The notes below the pieces were generated by a model. The model ran no database searches. It saw only the letters and a list, made by a program, of their open reading frames with translations, and was not told the origin of the DNA. Below, in pieces: positions 52,396-62,981 of a stretch of 64,000 bases of DNA. A program made the translations under genes and the position numbers. The DNA comes from Lama guanicoe (lineage: Eukaryota), in assembly GCA_013239625.1 (NCBI GenBank), contig MU053934.1:2039031-2103030 (forward strand). The letters run 5' to 3'. How positions within the stretch are numbered: the first letter of the stretch is position 1; every line of letters starts with the position of its first letter.

Positions 52396-53655
52396 CATAC
52401 ATCAAGTATGTATGGATATACAACAGTATATTAAGGTTCGTAATGATAATAGTAATAATAACGGTATCTCCCTTATAAAAATTGAGAGGGACACATATTG
52501 TATAGTCGCAGATTAAGGGATCACTCAGAGAAGTCACAACTGAGTGATCACAACTGGAATCTCCAAATGCACTTCTGGGCATTAGTGACCAAAAAACATT
52601 CAGACTCAAACAATCAAAGCAACCTGGCTAACCTCCAGATTAATCTATCGAATCCTCCATACAGTTCCCCTCAGAGCCCTGAAGACAACATCTGAAAACA
52701 CTCATGGCTGACTGCTCGCTCTCGCATTCTCTCCCAAACTACTTTACCACCCAAATTACAGAAATATGTCCAGGATTCACATGGCAGTTCTGATCCGATT
52801 TGCCCCAATCCTGGCTCAAGCAGCTTTGCGCTACTCTCCTAACTAGATCAGCGCCAGCCAATGGGTTTATTCAAGCTGATCTATGATGGATTAGATAATG
52901 AAACCTTAGCCATGTAAGCTGCCTGCTTGCACTGGGGCTGGAGGGGAGAAGAATAGGAAACTCAATACTCCTAGGGGCCACCTAAAACACCACACGCACT
53001 CACCGTCCTCGCTCCATCTGTTTGCTCACGCTCCAATTACTGCCGTTTCCTTTCCATCATCTCACATGGTCTTCCCTCCTGTCTTGGAAGGAAGTGCACA
53101 CTTGCCACAGAAAAAGATGTTTACTATGCTTTACAAATGTGTATCCAAAGCAATTCAAACAAGTCCACTCACTAAAATGACCATCTTTATTGTTTCTACA
53201 AATTACTGAAGCCTGACATCAAACTGATGGCCTGAGAGATGTCAAAACAGAGATTCACTAGCAACATTCTTGTTTACACCAAGTAGTACGGTGAGTTTCT
53301 TTCTTAGCCCTGTAATCTTGGGGCCTGTCTGCACCAGTCTGCTTTATATCAAAATGAAAGTTAAATTTCTAGCTAGCTTCTGTTGTGTTCACATGTCAGC
53401 GTGATAGAGAAAAGAATGACAAGGTGTCTAGAAAATGGGACAGGAAGTTAGGAGACAAATTCAACTCAGGCTAATCTCGAGTCACCCTGAAGAATAATTC
53501 TACTTTGAACTCAGATCTTTCTCCTTCTCAAAGATATTCCCAGTTTTACATCCACAGGCTTCCTTGTGAGGCTCAAAAAAAAAAAAAAAAAGCCTAGTAA
53601 TTTTTACATGACTGTGCCTCAGTTTCTCCAACTACAATATTTACCACTCTGGTAG

Positions 53656-54038
53656 CATCACAGGCTGAATGTGTGTTGTCCTCCCCCACCGAAAATTAGT
53701 ATGTTGAAGTCTTAGCCCACAATGTGATGGTATTTGTAAATAGGGCCTTTGGGAGGTGATCAGGTCATGAGAGTGGGACCCTCACGATGGGATAAGTACC
53801 CTTATAAAAAGAGGAAAAGATCTCTCTCTCTCCCCATTAGCATACACTAAGAAAAGGCCCTGTGAACACACAGAAAGCAGCAGCTGTCTACAAGCCAGGA
53901 AGAAAGCCCTTACCAGACACCAAATCTGCTAGCACCTTGATCTTAGCCTTCCAGCCTCCAGAACTGTAAGAAACAAATTTCTGTTGTTTAAGCCACCCAC
54001 TCTGTTATTTTGTTAGGGTGCCTGAGCAGACTAAGACA
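53656..54038 (+). mobile_element. MaLR solo LTR (MLT1A-like)
   Basis: tatgttgaagtcttagcccacaatgtgatggtatttg...gggcctttgggaggtgat...ttccagcctccagaactgtaagaaacaaatttctgttgtttaagccaccc...gactaagaca. 5-bp TSD-like GGTAG/TGTAG. Confidence 0.9.
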
Positions 54039-54474
54039 TGTAGAATTGAAAAATTCAATAATTTTAGAGAGATATTGTTCACAATATCACTTGGAAGGTC
54101 AACACATCATTTTTAGAATTCTATTCAAATGGTAGCACCGCATTCAGTTTCAGCATCAAACACCCAAACCAGAGTCCAAAGAGACAGCTACTTAGGAGGA
54201 AAGAAATCCAGAAACAAGCAAATGGGAAGATAAAATACTTCAAGAAATATAGTTTCTACATAGCAATTTACAGGCTACCAGGTACCCCTTCCCTAAGATC
54301 AAGGAGAAAGTCTTTCCACCACTGGAATCAACCAATATGAACAACTTCTGAATTCACTTAGCTACCCTGGATTTATGACTCTATGGTCAGAAGCAGTTAA
54401 GCTGACCATGTAATAATCACATACCAACATTTCATTACCATAAAGAATTTTGCCGAAAGCTATAAATAAAAAGT

Positions 54475-54660
54475 AAGGTGCAGCTTGAGTTATAAAGCAG
54501 CTAAGTTCCTAGAAAGTTGCACAAAAATTGAATTTTTGCTCATCAAATTATTTATATTCACTAGAAGAGTTGACCAAAAAACTTCATTGACCAGTGCTTT
54601 TTATAAAGCCCAAGTTTTTCACATATATCAGGCTTGCTTAAAGTGAAATGTACCTCTAAC
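54475..54660. mobile_element. Possible old Tigger-type DNA transposon fragment
   Basis: ttataaagcagctaagttcctagaaagttgcacaaaaattgaatttttg resembles ancient Tigger MITE text; weak match. Confidence 0.35.
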
Positions 54661-55599
54661 ATCTATATATGTAATTCATTTAACTTTCTACCAGGTTAGT
54701 GCACAGTATTTTCAAGTACCTTCTTTAACAACTAACTTAAGTTCTCAAACCACTTTTCAATTTTCAGGCTGAATTTGTCTCTTTTTCTCTCCTACTCTAC
54801 AGTTCGGGGTTCTTTGCTTCTAAACTGTTTCCAGGGCTGTACAGACTCCTTTGCCATCCACATAAAGCTCCTGGATGCTGGCCTTGAAAGGAGAGAAACT
54901 TCCTCTTCCCTCTACGGTTCCTTCTTAGCTTAAGGATTATAACATAAGCACCACAGACTCTCTCGTCCCCCATGCTCCACTTTGGGAAGTAATGATTTAC
55001 TCCAAAAGCTTAGTGGCTGTAACTCAACAGCATTCAGCTTTGGAATCTGTACCTTAGAGCTATATAGCTCCATTTAGTATGTAGTCGTGGTAAATTAACC
55101 CCAGTAAATGACTTCTGTAAAGAAGGGTTAATCCTTTGACACTCAGAAGATTGGGGAATTTCATCAAAGTACTCTCACCCCTAAATTTCATGATTTTTTC
55201 CTATCCCTTAATTATTCATAAAAGGTAAATTTCAATGTCAACTTAACAGGCATTAAGCAAGCACTTACTATGTACCCAAAACTGTGAGGTACTACAAAAG
55301 ATAAACACAAAGAAAACACAGTTCCTGTCTTCTAGAAGGTTACAGCATCACTAGAGAAACAAGAATAAAACAATGCAGGGACAATACAAGATGATACATA
55401 ATTAAACATCAATATAACAGGAGACAAGAGGAGGGTCTGACTAAGCTGTCAGGGAAGGCTTCCGAGAAGGAGCTATGACCTCAGAAAAGCTCCATTTGTG
55501 TTACGATGTAAGGAAAAAAAAAAACATGCGTTTTAAGACAAACCCATATACCAAAAAGTAGGCTACTCTATTTTTTTAAATGCAAATTTACATGGGCCT

Positions 55600-56036
55600 A
55601 TAGGCATGTCTACACTGCTGATACCATTTCCTCAAACTGTCTGGCCCCTGATCGTTCTCCCTGGGCACACTGTCCCTTGCTCTCAAACACAACAAGTACA
55701 CTTCTCTCTCATCACCTCTGCACCCACACTTGCTCTACCTGAACCCTCTTCCCTCAGATATCTGGATGGCCCATTCCTTCATGTCAAAGGTCACTTAGCA
55801 GACAGGCCTTACTTAACCATATTCTTCACCACTCTGTATCCCTTTCCCTGCTTTATTTTTTTTCTTAGCACTTACCACCACCTAATAATGCTTGATTTGT
55901 TTATTGTCTGTCTATTTCGATTAGAATATTAGTTCCATAAGAGCAGAGTCTTTGTTTTGTTCACTACCATACTTCCTAGGCTCTAAAACAGGGCCTAGCA
56001 TATAGCAGCTATTCAATAAACATTCATTAAATGAAT
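55600..56036 (+). mobile_element. L2 3' end
   Basis: ctttattttttttcttagcacttaccacc...ttgtttattgtctgtct...tttgttttgttcact...cctagcatatagcagctattcaataaacattcattaaatgaat. Confidence 0.85.
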
Positions 56037-57324
56037 ACTCAATATTCTGTCACTATCATCAGAATGATATAGCAATGTCCTAGAGATGGTGGTCACCCAA
56101 GCTTAAATTTTATCTTTTCATGAACATTATATTTCCTTTACTCTGAATCATACCTCAAATTTCAACCTCCACATAAAGCCTTCTTTGACCATTTCAGCAA
56201 GAATGACCATCTCCTTCTTCTGGCCTCAGTGGCACAAATCCTCTGCACACTCTTGGCTATTTTGCAAAGCCTTATGTCATGCATCTACCCTTTGGTATCT
56301 CTACTCCTGTTCCTCTGGAACTTACCAAAAAAATCCATATACATATGTGTGTATGTACGTGTGTATAAATATACACACATGCTTTTATTTTAAAGTTTTC
56401 ACCCATTTTAACTCCCCACCTAGACTGTAAACACCAAATACCTTAAGGTGAGAGAACTTGACATATTTTAAGAAGGTAACTTAGAAATCATCCTGTACAA
56501 ACACTGTATTTTACAACTAAGGAAACAGGGCACCAAAAGAAGGGATTTTCCCAGAACCATACAGGTAATTGAAGGCAGGGGGCTAAATCAATAATGAGCT
56601 GAATACCTGTGTGACATGGTGTATCGAAACTACATCGATAAGAATGGATAAAGTGAATAAATAAAGATCCACAAATACACTGAGTGAATAAAGGGTTCCC
56701 TGTGGGATAGTTCTAAATTGTCCATCCATACCCAAAGGGCCTAATCCACTCCTTCCTCTGCATACTCCTAAGTCCCCATACACTGCTCCATTTCCAAATA
56801 CTACTATCCTTAGTCAACTTGAAGGCAAATCAGCAAATAATGGGCCCCAGGAGGAAGAGGGACAGGGAAGGAGTGGGAGTCTCACTATTAACCATGATTG
56901 ACAGAAACAACAAATACAAACAGACATAGATATATGCACACACCAAGCAGAACATGCTCACCAGCACCCACAGCCAGTTTTCTTCCCTTAACATCCAAAG
57001 TTAACCCACCTCACCTGAAGTCTCCCCATATTCGTCTGTATTTTTTCCATGGCCCTGAGCTTTTCTCACAATCCCTCTCCCTGACAGAGCTCGAATGGAG
57101 AACAAAAAGCAGGCAAACAAAAGAATTCAAAAATAAACACCAAGAGGGTCACTTTACCCAAGTCAACACAAGTAATAGAGTGGCCTCTGCAAGGGAGACC
57201 AAGAAGCACACAGCAAACATACCAGGCTTAAATACAGCTCCGTCTCTAACACAGGAAGTCAGGCAGAGCCTTGAAAAGCAGAGAGCAGAGCACAGGAAGT
57301 CTTTTAGCACTGCAGAGATTTCCA

Positions 57325-57470
57325 AGAGTGGTGTAATGGAGAGAGCACAGGAATAGGAATTAGAAGGCTAAGCTTCTAGTTCCAGTTTCACCACCAGCTA
57401 ATCAGGTAGCCCTAGGCAAGTCACTAGTCTCTGGTCTTTTGATTCCCCATCTATAAGATGAGGTAGTTAA
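57325..57470 (+). mobile_element. MIR fragment
   Basis: gtggtgtaatggagagagcacaggaataggaattagaaggctaagcttctagttccag...ctaggcaagtcact...catctataagatgagg. Confidence 0.75.
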
Positions 57471-58349
57471 AACATTTTGGGACTTGACTCCCCTCTCAAA
57501 AAAAAAAAAAAAGATGAAAACTACTGAATTTCTCCCACCAAAGAATGCCCATAAACTATTTTGTGTAAGAACCTTCCAAGTCTATCCAGGCTAAGAACCC
57601 CAGGAAAAGATGTCTCTGGCCCCTTGTATCTCTAACATTCTCCGATTCTAAGAGAATTAGGCAAATGTCTAAACAATTGCTGGTAGGCAAGCCCCACCAT
57701 TTCACAGCAAGTATTTTCTGAACAGAGAACAAATTCTAAAACCTAGGAAGGTTTCACACTCTTCCTCAAACTCCAAAGTCAACTGACATCATCACTACAT
57801 CCCCATTCCCTCACCAAATCAACCAGCTTATCCTTGAGTTCACAACTCAGAATCCAGCCTTCTAACAGCCCAATAAATTTTCTTTTATCCCCCTGGACAT
57901 TAAAAAGCTAGTCGCTGCCCAACAACTGGCAAACTACAGGAGGGGCACGTCCTGTGTCTAGTGCCAGACTCATCAGCACGCTCCACAAAGTTAAAGAGCC
58001 TGAGCACCTGTGTCCCCACAACACTACCCAAGTCCTTGTATTTCTCGCAACCCTTGTGTAACTGATTTAACCCACAATCTAAGCCACATCCCCTTTGGGC
58101 TCTCGAGGAGTTTTCTCGCTTTCCACTTCTCTCCTTTCTGTTATCGCTCTCCTTCTCCATCCCCGTTGTGTGTCGAGGGCTGCCAAAAAGGTACTCCTTC
58201 TTTTGGGTAGGTTTCCCAACACTGTCCCCCACCCTCGTCATCGACTTGGTCCAGCAGCTCTCTGGGCTACAGACCCAGGATTTCCTGGCTTCCACTCCAC
58301 CCCAAGGAACTAAGGAAGGGTTTGAAAGATTGGAATCCATCTCAAGCCT

Positions 58350-59520
58350 GCTCGATTTCCCCCTAACACCTATTCACGCATCGTGCCCCCTCGTCCCCTC
58401 AGGGATCAAAACCGTCTGGGGCACACTGGGCTTCTTCTGCACCCTCCACTTCGAAGCCAGTGTCGCCCCACCTTCCAACCAGGCCCCGACCGGCCCCCTC
58501 CCACCTCCAAGCCGGGACCCCTAGAAGCCCTCCCCCTTCCCAACCAGGGAGCCCCGCGCCGCCCTGGCGGCCCCCGCGCCGCCCCCCAGGGATAACCAGC
58601 AGCCCGCCCCGCGCGGTCACCTGCATCCCGCCGCCGTCGGCCGCCGCCTCCTCGGTGCGCGGCCGCTTGCTCAGGCCAGGCTCGGCTCCGTCTCCTCCCC
58701 CTCCGGGCACCGGCAGCTCCAGCTCCGACTCCCGCTTCATCCCCCGGGCAGCGGCGCCGGGCCCAAGCTGAGGCGGCTGCTGCGGCTGGGCGCCTTCCGC
58801 CATCCGCCCGCGCCCCCCTCGCCTTCGGGAGCCGGGCGACCCGCGACAGGCCACCTCCCCCTGGGCCTCGGCCCCGACTGTCGCGACAGGCGGGCGCGCG
58901 CCTGCCCCCGCCCCCGCGTGCGTGCGTGCGTGCGCCCGGGCCCGGCGCCCCTTCGGCGGCGGGCGGTCGCGGCTGGTCGCTGGCCGGCACCCTGGCTCGG
59001 GGCAGCTGGCGGGTCGCGACGTGCACTCGCTCGCGCCCCCACGCGCACACACGACCCCCGGCCCGGCCCGCCGCGTGCCCCGCCTCGCGCACTCACGGAG
59101 CTGGCCCGCCGGCCCGCGCTCGCTCCTTCACACAGTCCCTCACCACACGCCGGGCCGAGGGAGGAAGGGGGCAGTCCGGGATCTCGAGGCGTGGGGAGGG
59201 GTAGAGGGGGCGGCGGCGGCGGCCAAGCCCGAGATGGGGGCGGGGCTAGCACCCCTCGGCAATCTCCGCCGCCTCCGCTCCGGGCGCCCGAGGGAGGCTG
59301 GGAAGAGATCGGGGGAGTTCGGGAATCTCCGGCCCAGGCGAGGGATAGTGCCGGAGGCAGCGCGCGGCTGGAGTTCCAGCGCGGAGGGGGCGGAGCCTGC
59401 TTCCGTAAGGGCAGGGCCACAGCCTAGAAAGGGCGGAGCTTGAGAGGCCCGAGTGCCGCGTAGCAACACCCTCTGGCGGGACTCGCTGTGTAAAGTTGTG
59501 CCCCGAATCCGCCCGTCTGG
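58350..59520. promoter_or_regulatory. CpG island, main RBFOX2 promoter and 5' UTR
   Basis: Abrupt switch to very GC- and CpG-rich sequence. GC boxes (GGGGCGGGGC ~59237, GGGGGCGGAG ~59386, GGGCGGAG ~59431), no obvious TATA box, surrounds exon 1. Confidence 0.92.
58621..58803 (-). CDS. RBFOX2: RNA binding fox-1 homolog 2, first coding exon (61 codons, phase 0; rest of CDS is outside the window)
   Basis: Minus-strand translation MAEGAQPQQPPQLGPGAAARGMKRESELELPVPGGGGDGAEPGLSKRPRTEEAAADGGGMQ matches the N-terminus of the long mammalian RBFOX2 isoform as I recall it. ATG is at 58803-58801 (gggcggATGG) and the exon ends at CAG|GTGACC after 58621. It lies in a CpG island. Confidence 0.95.
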
Positions 59521-60144
59521 CAGCCTCAGTTCCAGACAAGGGAAGAGGCTCTGAGGGTGGGAGGACCTTTGCCTGCTCCCTCTCCCACAGAAGAATGAGG
59601 ATCTCCAGTCGGAAGGTCCAGGAGTGAAGCCACCACTGCATGACTCTCAGTTCCGAAAGCCTTTTCTTTAATCATAATTATTATCACATTCCTGATCATA
59701 TTAATTATAACTAATGTCTCTAAGAGCTTTACAGTTTGCACAATGGGTTCTCAGGCCCTTTTTGGAGGTGATGATACAAGCAGAGTAGATACCATGATCT
59801 CTGTTTCATTGATGGTGAACCTGAACCTTTGTTAAGTCCCGCAGATAAAAAGTGGCAGATCGAGATCTCAGGACACCAGATCATATTCTCTTTCTCTGCA
59901 CTTAGCTGCCTAACACTTCATTGCTTATCAACTTCGTGCAATTAGAGATATTTGAGCAATAGCTTCTCTCTCCTACCAGACTGTAAGGACCAAGAGGGCA
60001 TCTACTTTCTCTGGGTTCCATGCTGTGCCCTGGACATTATAGGGAAACAATCATGTTACATGAATGACCTAGATGCTGCTAATTAGCTTAAACAAGTTGC
60101 TTCATCTCTTTGGATCATTTGCAAAATGAGGAGACAGCTTAGAT

Positions 60145-60517
60145 CAGTGGTTCGAAATCAGGTTTGAGGTGGGGGAGTATAGCTCAAGTGGTAGAGTGTG
60201 TGCTTAGTATGCACAAGGTCCTGTTCAATCCCCAGTATCTCCTCTAAAAATAAATAAGCCTAATTTCCTCATCCACCACTGAAATGAAATACAGTAATGA
60301 GACTAGGCTTGAAGTTTTGCCCCTTCCCATCTCCCCCAAGACATTTGTCAACATCTAGAGATATTTTTGGTTGTTACACTGGGCTGGGGTGTGCTGCTGG
60401 TGGATAGAGACCAAGAATGATCAGGAATGTTGTTCAACATCCTACAATGAACAGGGAAGTCCCCATAACAGTTATCTAGCCCAAAATGTCAATAGTAGCT
60501 GAGGTTGAGAAACTGCG
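60145..60517 (+). mobile_element. MER20 hAT element (interrupted by a SINE, nested in a MIR)
   Basis: cagtggtt...gacatttgtcaacatctagagatatttttggttgttaca...aacatcctacaatgaacagg...cccaaaatgtcaatagt...gaggttgagaaactg. TSD GCTTAGAT (60137-60144) and GGTTAGAT (60518-60525). Confidence 0.85.
60171..60300 (+). mobile_element. Vic-1-type SINE
   Basis: GGGGGAGTATAGCTCAAGTGGTAGAGTGTGTGCTTAGTATGCACAAGGTCCTGTTCAATCCCCAGTATCTCC, then TAAATAAGCCTAATTTCC. Confidence 0.88.
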
Positions 60518-60829
60518 GGTTAGATAACTTCTCAGGTCATTTCCAGATGGGTCTACGATTGTCCTTTGAACTTGGGTTTAACCTGGCTAATGCTGGAACA
60601 GTACAGTGATAAAGATCCCTGCTTTGGAGTCAGACCAACCCAGGTTTGAATCTAGAATATACCACCTACTGCCCACTGATGTTAGACAGTGATGACTGAA
60701 GAATTTCTATACCAAAAGGGATTAGGGTCTGCAGACTGGTTGTAAGGGAGGGCTTGTCTTGAAGCTGAGTTTTCATAGCGAGCACACTGTTTTAACTAGG
60801 CTGCGTTACAGACCGATAAAAATAGTCAA

Positions 60830-61040
60830 GTTTTAGCTCTGCTACTTACAAGTCATGGTGCCCTGTGAAAACTTTAGCTTCTCTATGCCTCAGTTTCTTC
60901 ATCTGAAAACTAGGCTAATACTAGTACCTTCCTGAAAAGATTACTGAGGGTTTAAATGAGTTATCACACGTTAAGAACTTTGAACAGATTGGCCTATCGT
61001 AAGCACTCAATAAATGATAAGAATATGTCATTATCACTAC
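60830..61040 (+). mobile_element. MIR SINE
   Basis: gctctgctacttacaag...ctctatgcctcagtttcttcatctgaaaactaggctaatactagtacct...taaatgagtt...taagcactcaataaatg. Confidence 0.85.
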
Positions 61041-62131
61041 CATTGGGTTTTTTTAATTACATAAGGTAATGTATGTAATTCTTTCATGAGGCTGCTAGAG
61101 ATTAACATGGGCAGACAAAGCTCTGCAAGTCACCATTTGGTGAGCAAATCGATTATTTTCACCAAGCCTTAAATTCCTTGTTTGTAAGATGACTATAATA
61201 TCACAGTGTTGTTCTAAGGACTAAAGGAGACAATATAAAGCACTTAGCATAGTGCCTAACATATAGTATCTGCTAATAAGTGGTAAATATTTATCATCTA
61301 ATTTGTTTAGTGACAGTAAGCTACTGGCTAGGGGCCCATGGCTGGAAGGAGAAGCCCAGGCATCTCTTAATACTGCTATTTGGGCCATTGTGTTGGAAGT
61401 CCAAATGCCTGCAAGTTTGTGCTTGAGCTGAATTAGATGGTTCCAACCTAAATCAGCCGGTACCTCACAGCAGATGGGGCTCCATCCAAGCATTATGGGT
61501 TTGAAGAAAAACTGGGATACTTCCTGATGGCTTATGGAACAACAATGGCTTTTTCTTTTTTAAACCTAGGGGCATCAGTGTTTGGTTTTCTGACATGTTA
61601 CTTTCTAGACTGGTATCTTAAGAATTCTTTTCCCCTCTCAACCTATCTTGCCAAAATACTGGTATCTAAATGATGCTAGGTCCTTCCTGGACTGCTCTAG
61701 GAAGAAATGAGATTTGGGATCAGGGCTAATTGTGACTCAAATTATTGTTATTCAAGTAGCACATGTGTCCCGAAGAAATAGAGTGATGTGGTATGGGAAC
61801 GTTTGAATAACCAGGCAGAACAAAGAGAAATTGGACCCCGCCCTGTAAACAAGCATTAAGCATTCAGGGAGGGAGAGAATAGAAACCTATAAATAGTAGA
61901 TGAGGCCAAAGGCACCCAGGGCAGCATAAAATCAGGATCATTTCTTTCACATACATCTGCAACTACCTGTTTGGAAATAGGTGGTTATAAAACGTTACAG
62001 TGGAAGAGGACAATATTAAAATATTTTCCTAGAAAGAATTTTTAGCTGCAGAAACCAAGTCCTAACATTCATTCATTTATCCATTCAACAAACTAAGGGC
62101 AAGAGTCTGGGATACCAAGACAAATAAGGAG

Positions 62132-62296
62132 AGGGGAGGGTACAGCTCAAGTGGTAGAGCACGTGGTTAGCCTGCACAAGGTCCTGTGTTCAATCCCCAA
62201 TACCTCCTCTAAAAATAAATAAACCTAATTACCTCCCCCTTGTCCCCACCAAAGTAAAATAATTAAGTAATATGTAAATTAAATATTTTAAAAATG
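62132..62296 (+). mobile_element. Vic-1-type SINE with 9-bp TSD
   Basis: GGGGAGGGTACAGCTCAAGTGGTAGAGCACGTGGTTAGCCTGCACAAGGTCCTGTGTTCAATCCCCAATACCTCC. TSD AATAAGGAG at 62123-62131 and 62297-62305. Confidence 0.9.
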
Positions 62297-62514
62297 AATA
62301 AGGAGCTCACAGACTAGGGAAGAAGGGATGAACAGATAAAAAGACAATTGTAATGCTTCATGATAAAGAGGTCATCTTTCATATTCGTCAAGAACACAGA
62401 CTCTGGTGTCACACAGACATGGGTTTAAATATGATATGGCCGTAAATCTGACCTTAGACAAGAGAGATCCTTAGCATTTCTAAGGTCCAATTTTCTTCAT
62501 TTATGGAACAAGCA

Positions 62515-62981
62515 TGGGTAGCAACCCAGTATTCATTCCCCTCTTGGTCCTTACTAGCAGAACCTCAGTTTTGTTCAGGGCAGGAATCTGAAAGAAAGCT
62601 TTAAAAAGAAGAAAAAGAGAATTCTCAGACTCCCTGGTAGCCACACGACACAGTTCTGGACAGAGAGATATAAGTAGGGAATTAGCACCCCTTCCTGACT
62701 AATAAAACAGAAACCACAGGAAGAAAAGGCTCTTTGCCCTCCATCCTTTGATTTTTGCCTTTTATCCTTCTTCCCACCCAGAACACAGATTGGAAAAACA
62801 GCAGCCCTTTTGTGTCCACTGTAACAAAAGCTACATGCTAAGAATGGTCCTGTGGAGCCACCGTACCAGCCCCAGCCTGTCCACCTCTAATTTATCTATT
62901 TCAGCAAAATAAGTCCCCATTTGCTTAAGCCACTTTGGACAGGTTTCTACGTGCTGCCAAACTCGACTCCTAAGTGATACA
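62515..62981 (+). mobile_element. MaLR solo LTR (MLT1J-like) inserted in a MIR
   Basis: cccagtattcattcccctc...agaacctcagtttttgttcagggcagg...gctacatgctaagaatgg...ttgcttaagccactttg...ctcctaagtgataca. MIR halves flank it at ~62390-62510 and ~62982-63125. Confidence 0.75.

Larger units (their letters stand above)
1..58620 (-). other. RBFOX2: RBFOX2 intron 1 (partial, continues beyond the left edge)
   Basis: Starts at donor GT 58620-58619. No further known RBFOX2 coding exon was recognised in the window. The sequence is repeat-rich and AT-rich. Confidence 0.85.

Noticed and set aside
52844..52883. 9-bp inverted repeat TAGATCAGC/GCTGATCTA as a structured RNA or miRNA
   Set aside because: The stem is too short for a pre-miRNA and is plausible by chance in 64 kb.
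55250..56036. Oppositely oriented L2 fragments as an L2-derived miRNA hairpin
   Set aside because: The 3' ends point away from each other and are ~700 nt apart, and the copies are too diverged for a compact stem.
1..58620. Enrichment of UGCAUG in the RBFOX2 intron as autoregulation
   Set aside because: My rough manual count is about 20 CATGCA on the plus strand, many inside repeats, which is near chance. A proper composition-matched count would be needed.
58399..59641. Long overlapping ORFs (100-228 aa) on both strands of the CpG island, including the upstream extension and intron read-through of the RBFOX2 frame
   Set aside because: Stop codons are rare in very GC-rich DNA, most starts are non-ATG and the products are low-complexity Ala/Arg/Gly/Pro. 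Only 58621-58803 matches a known protein.
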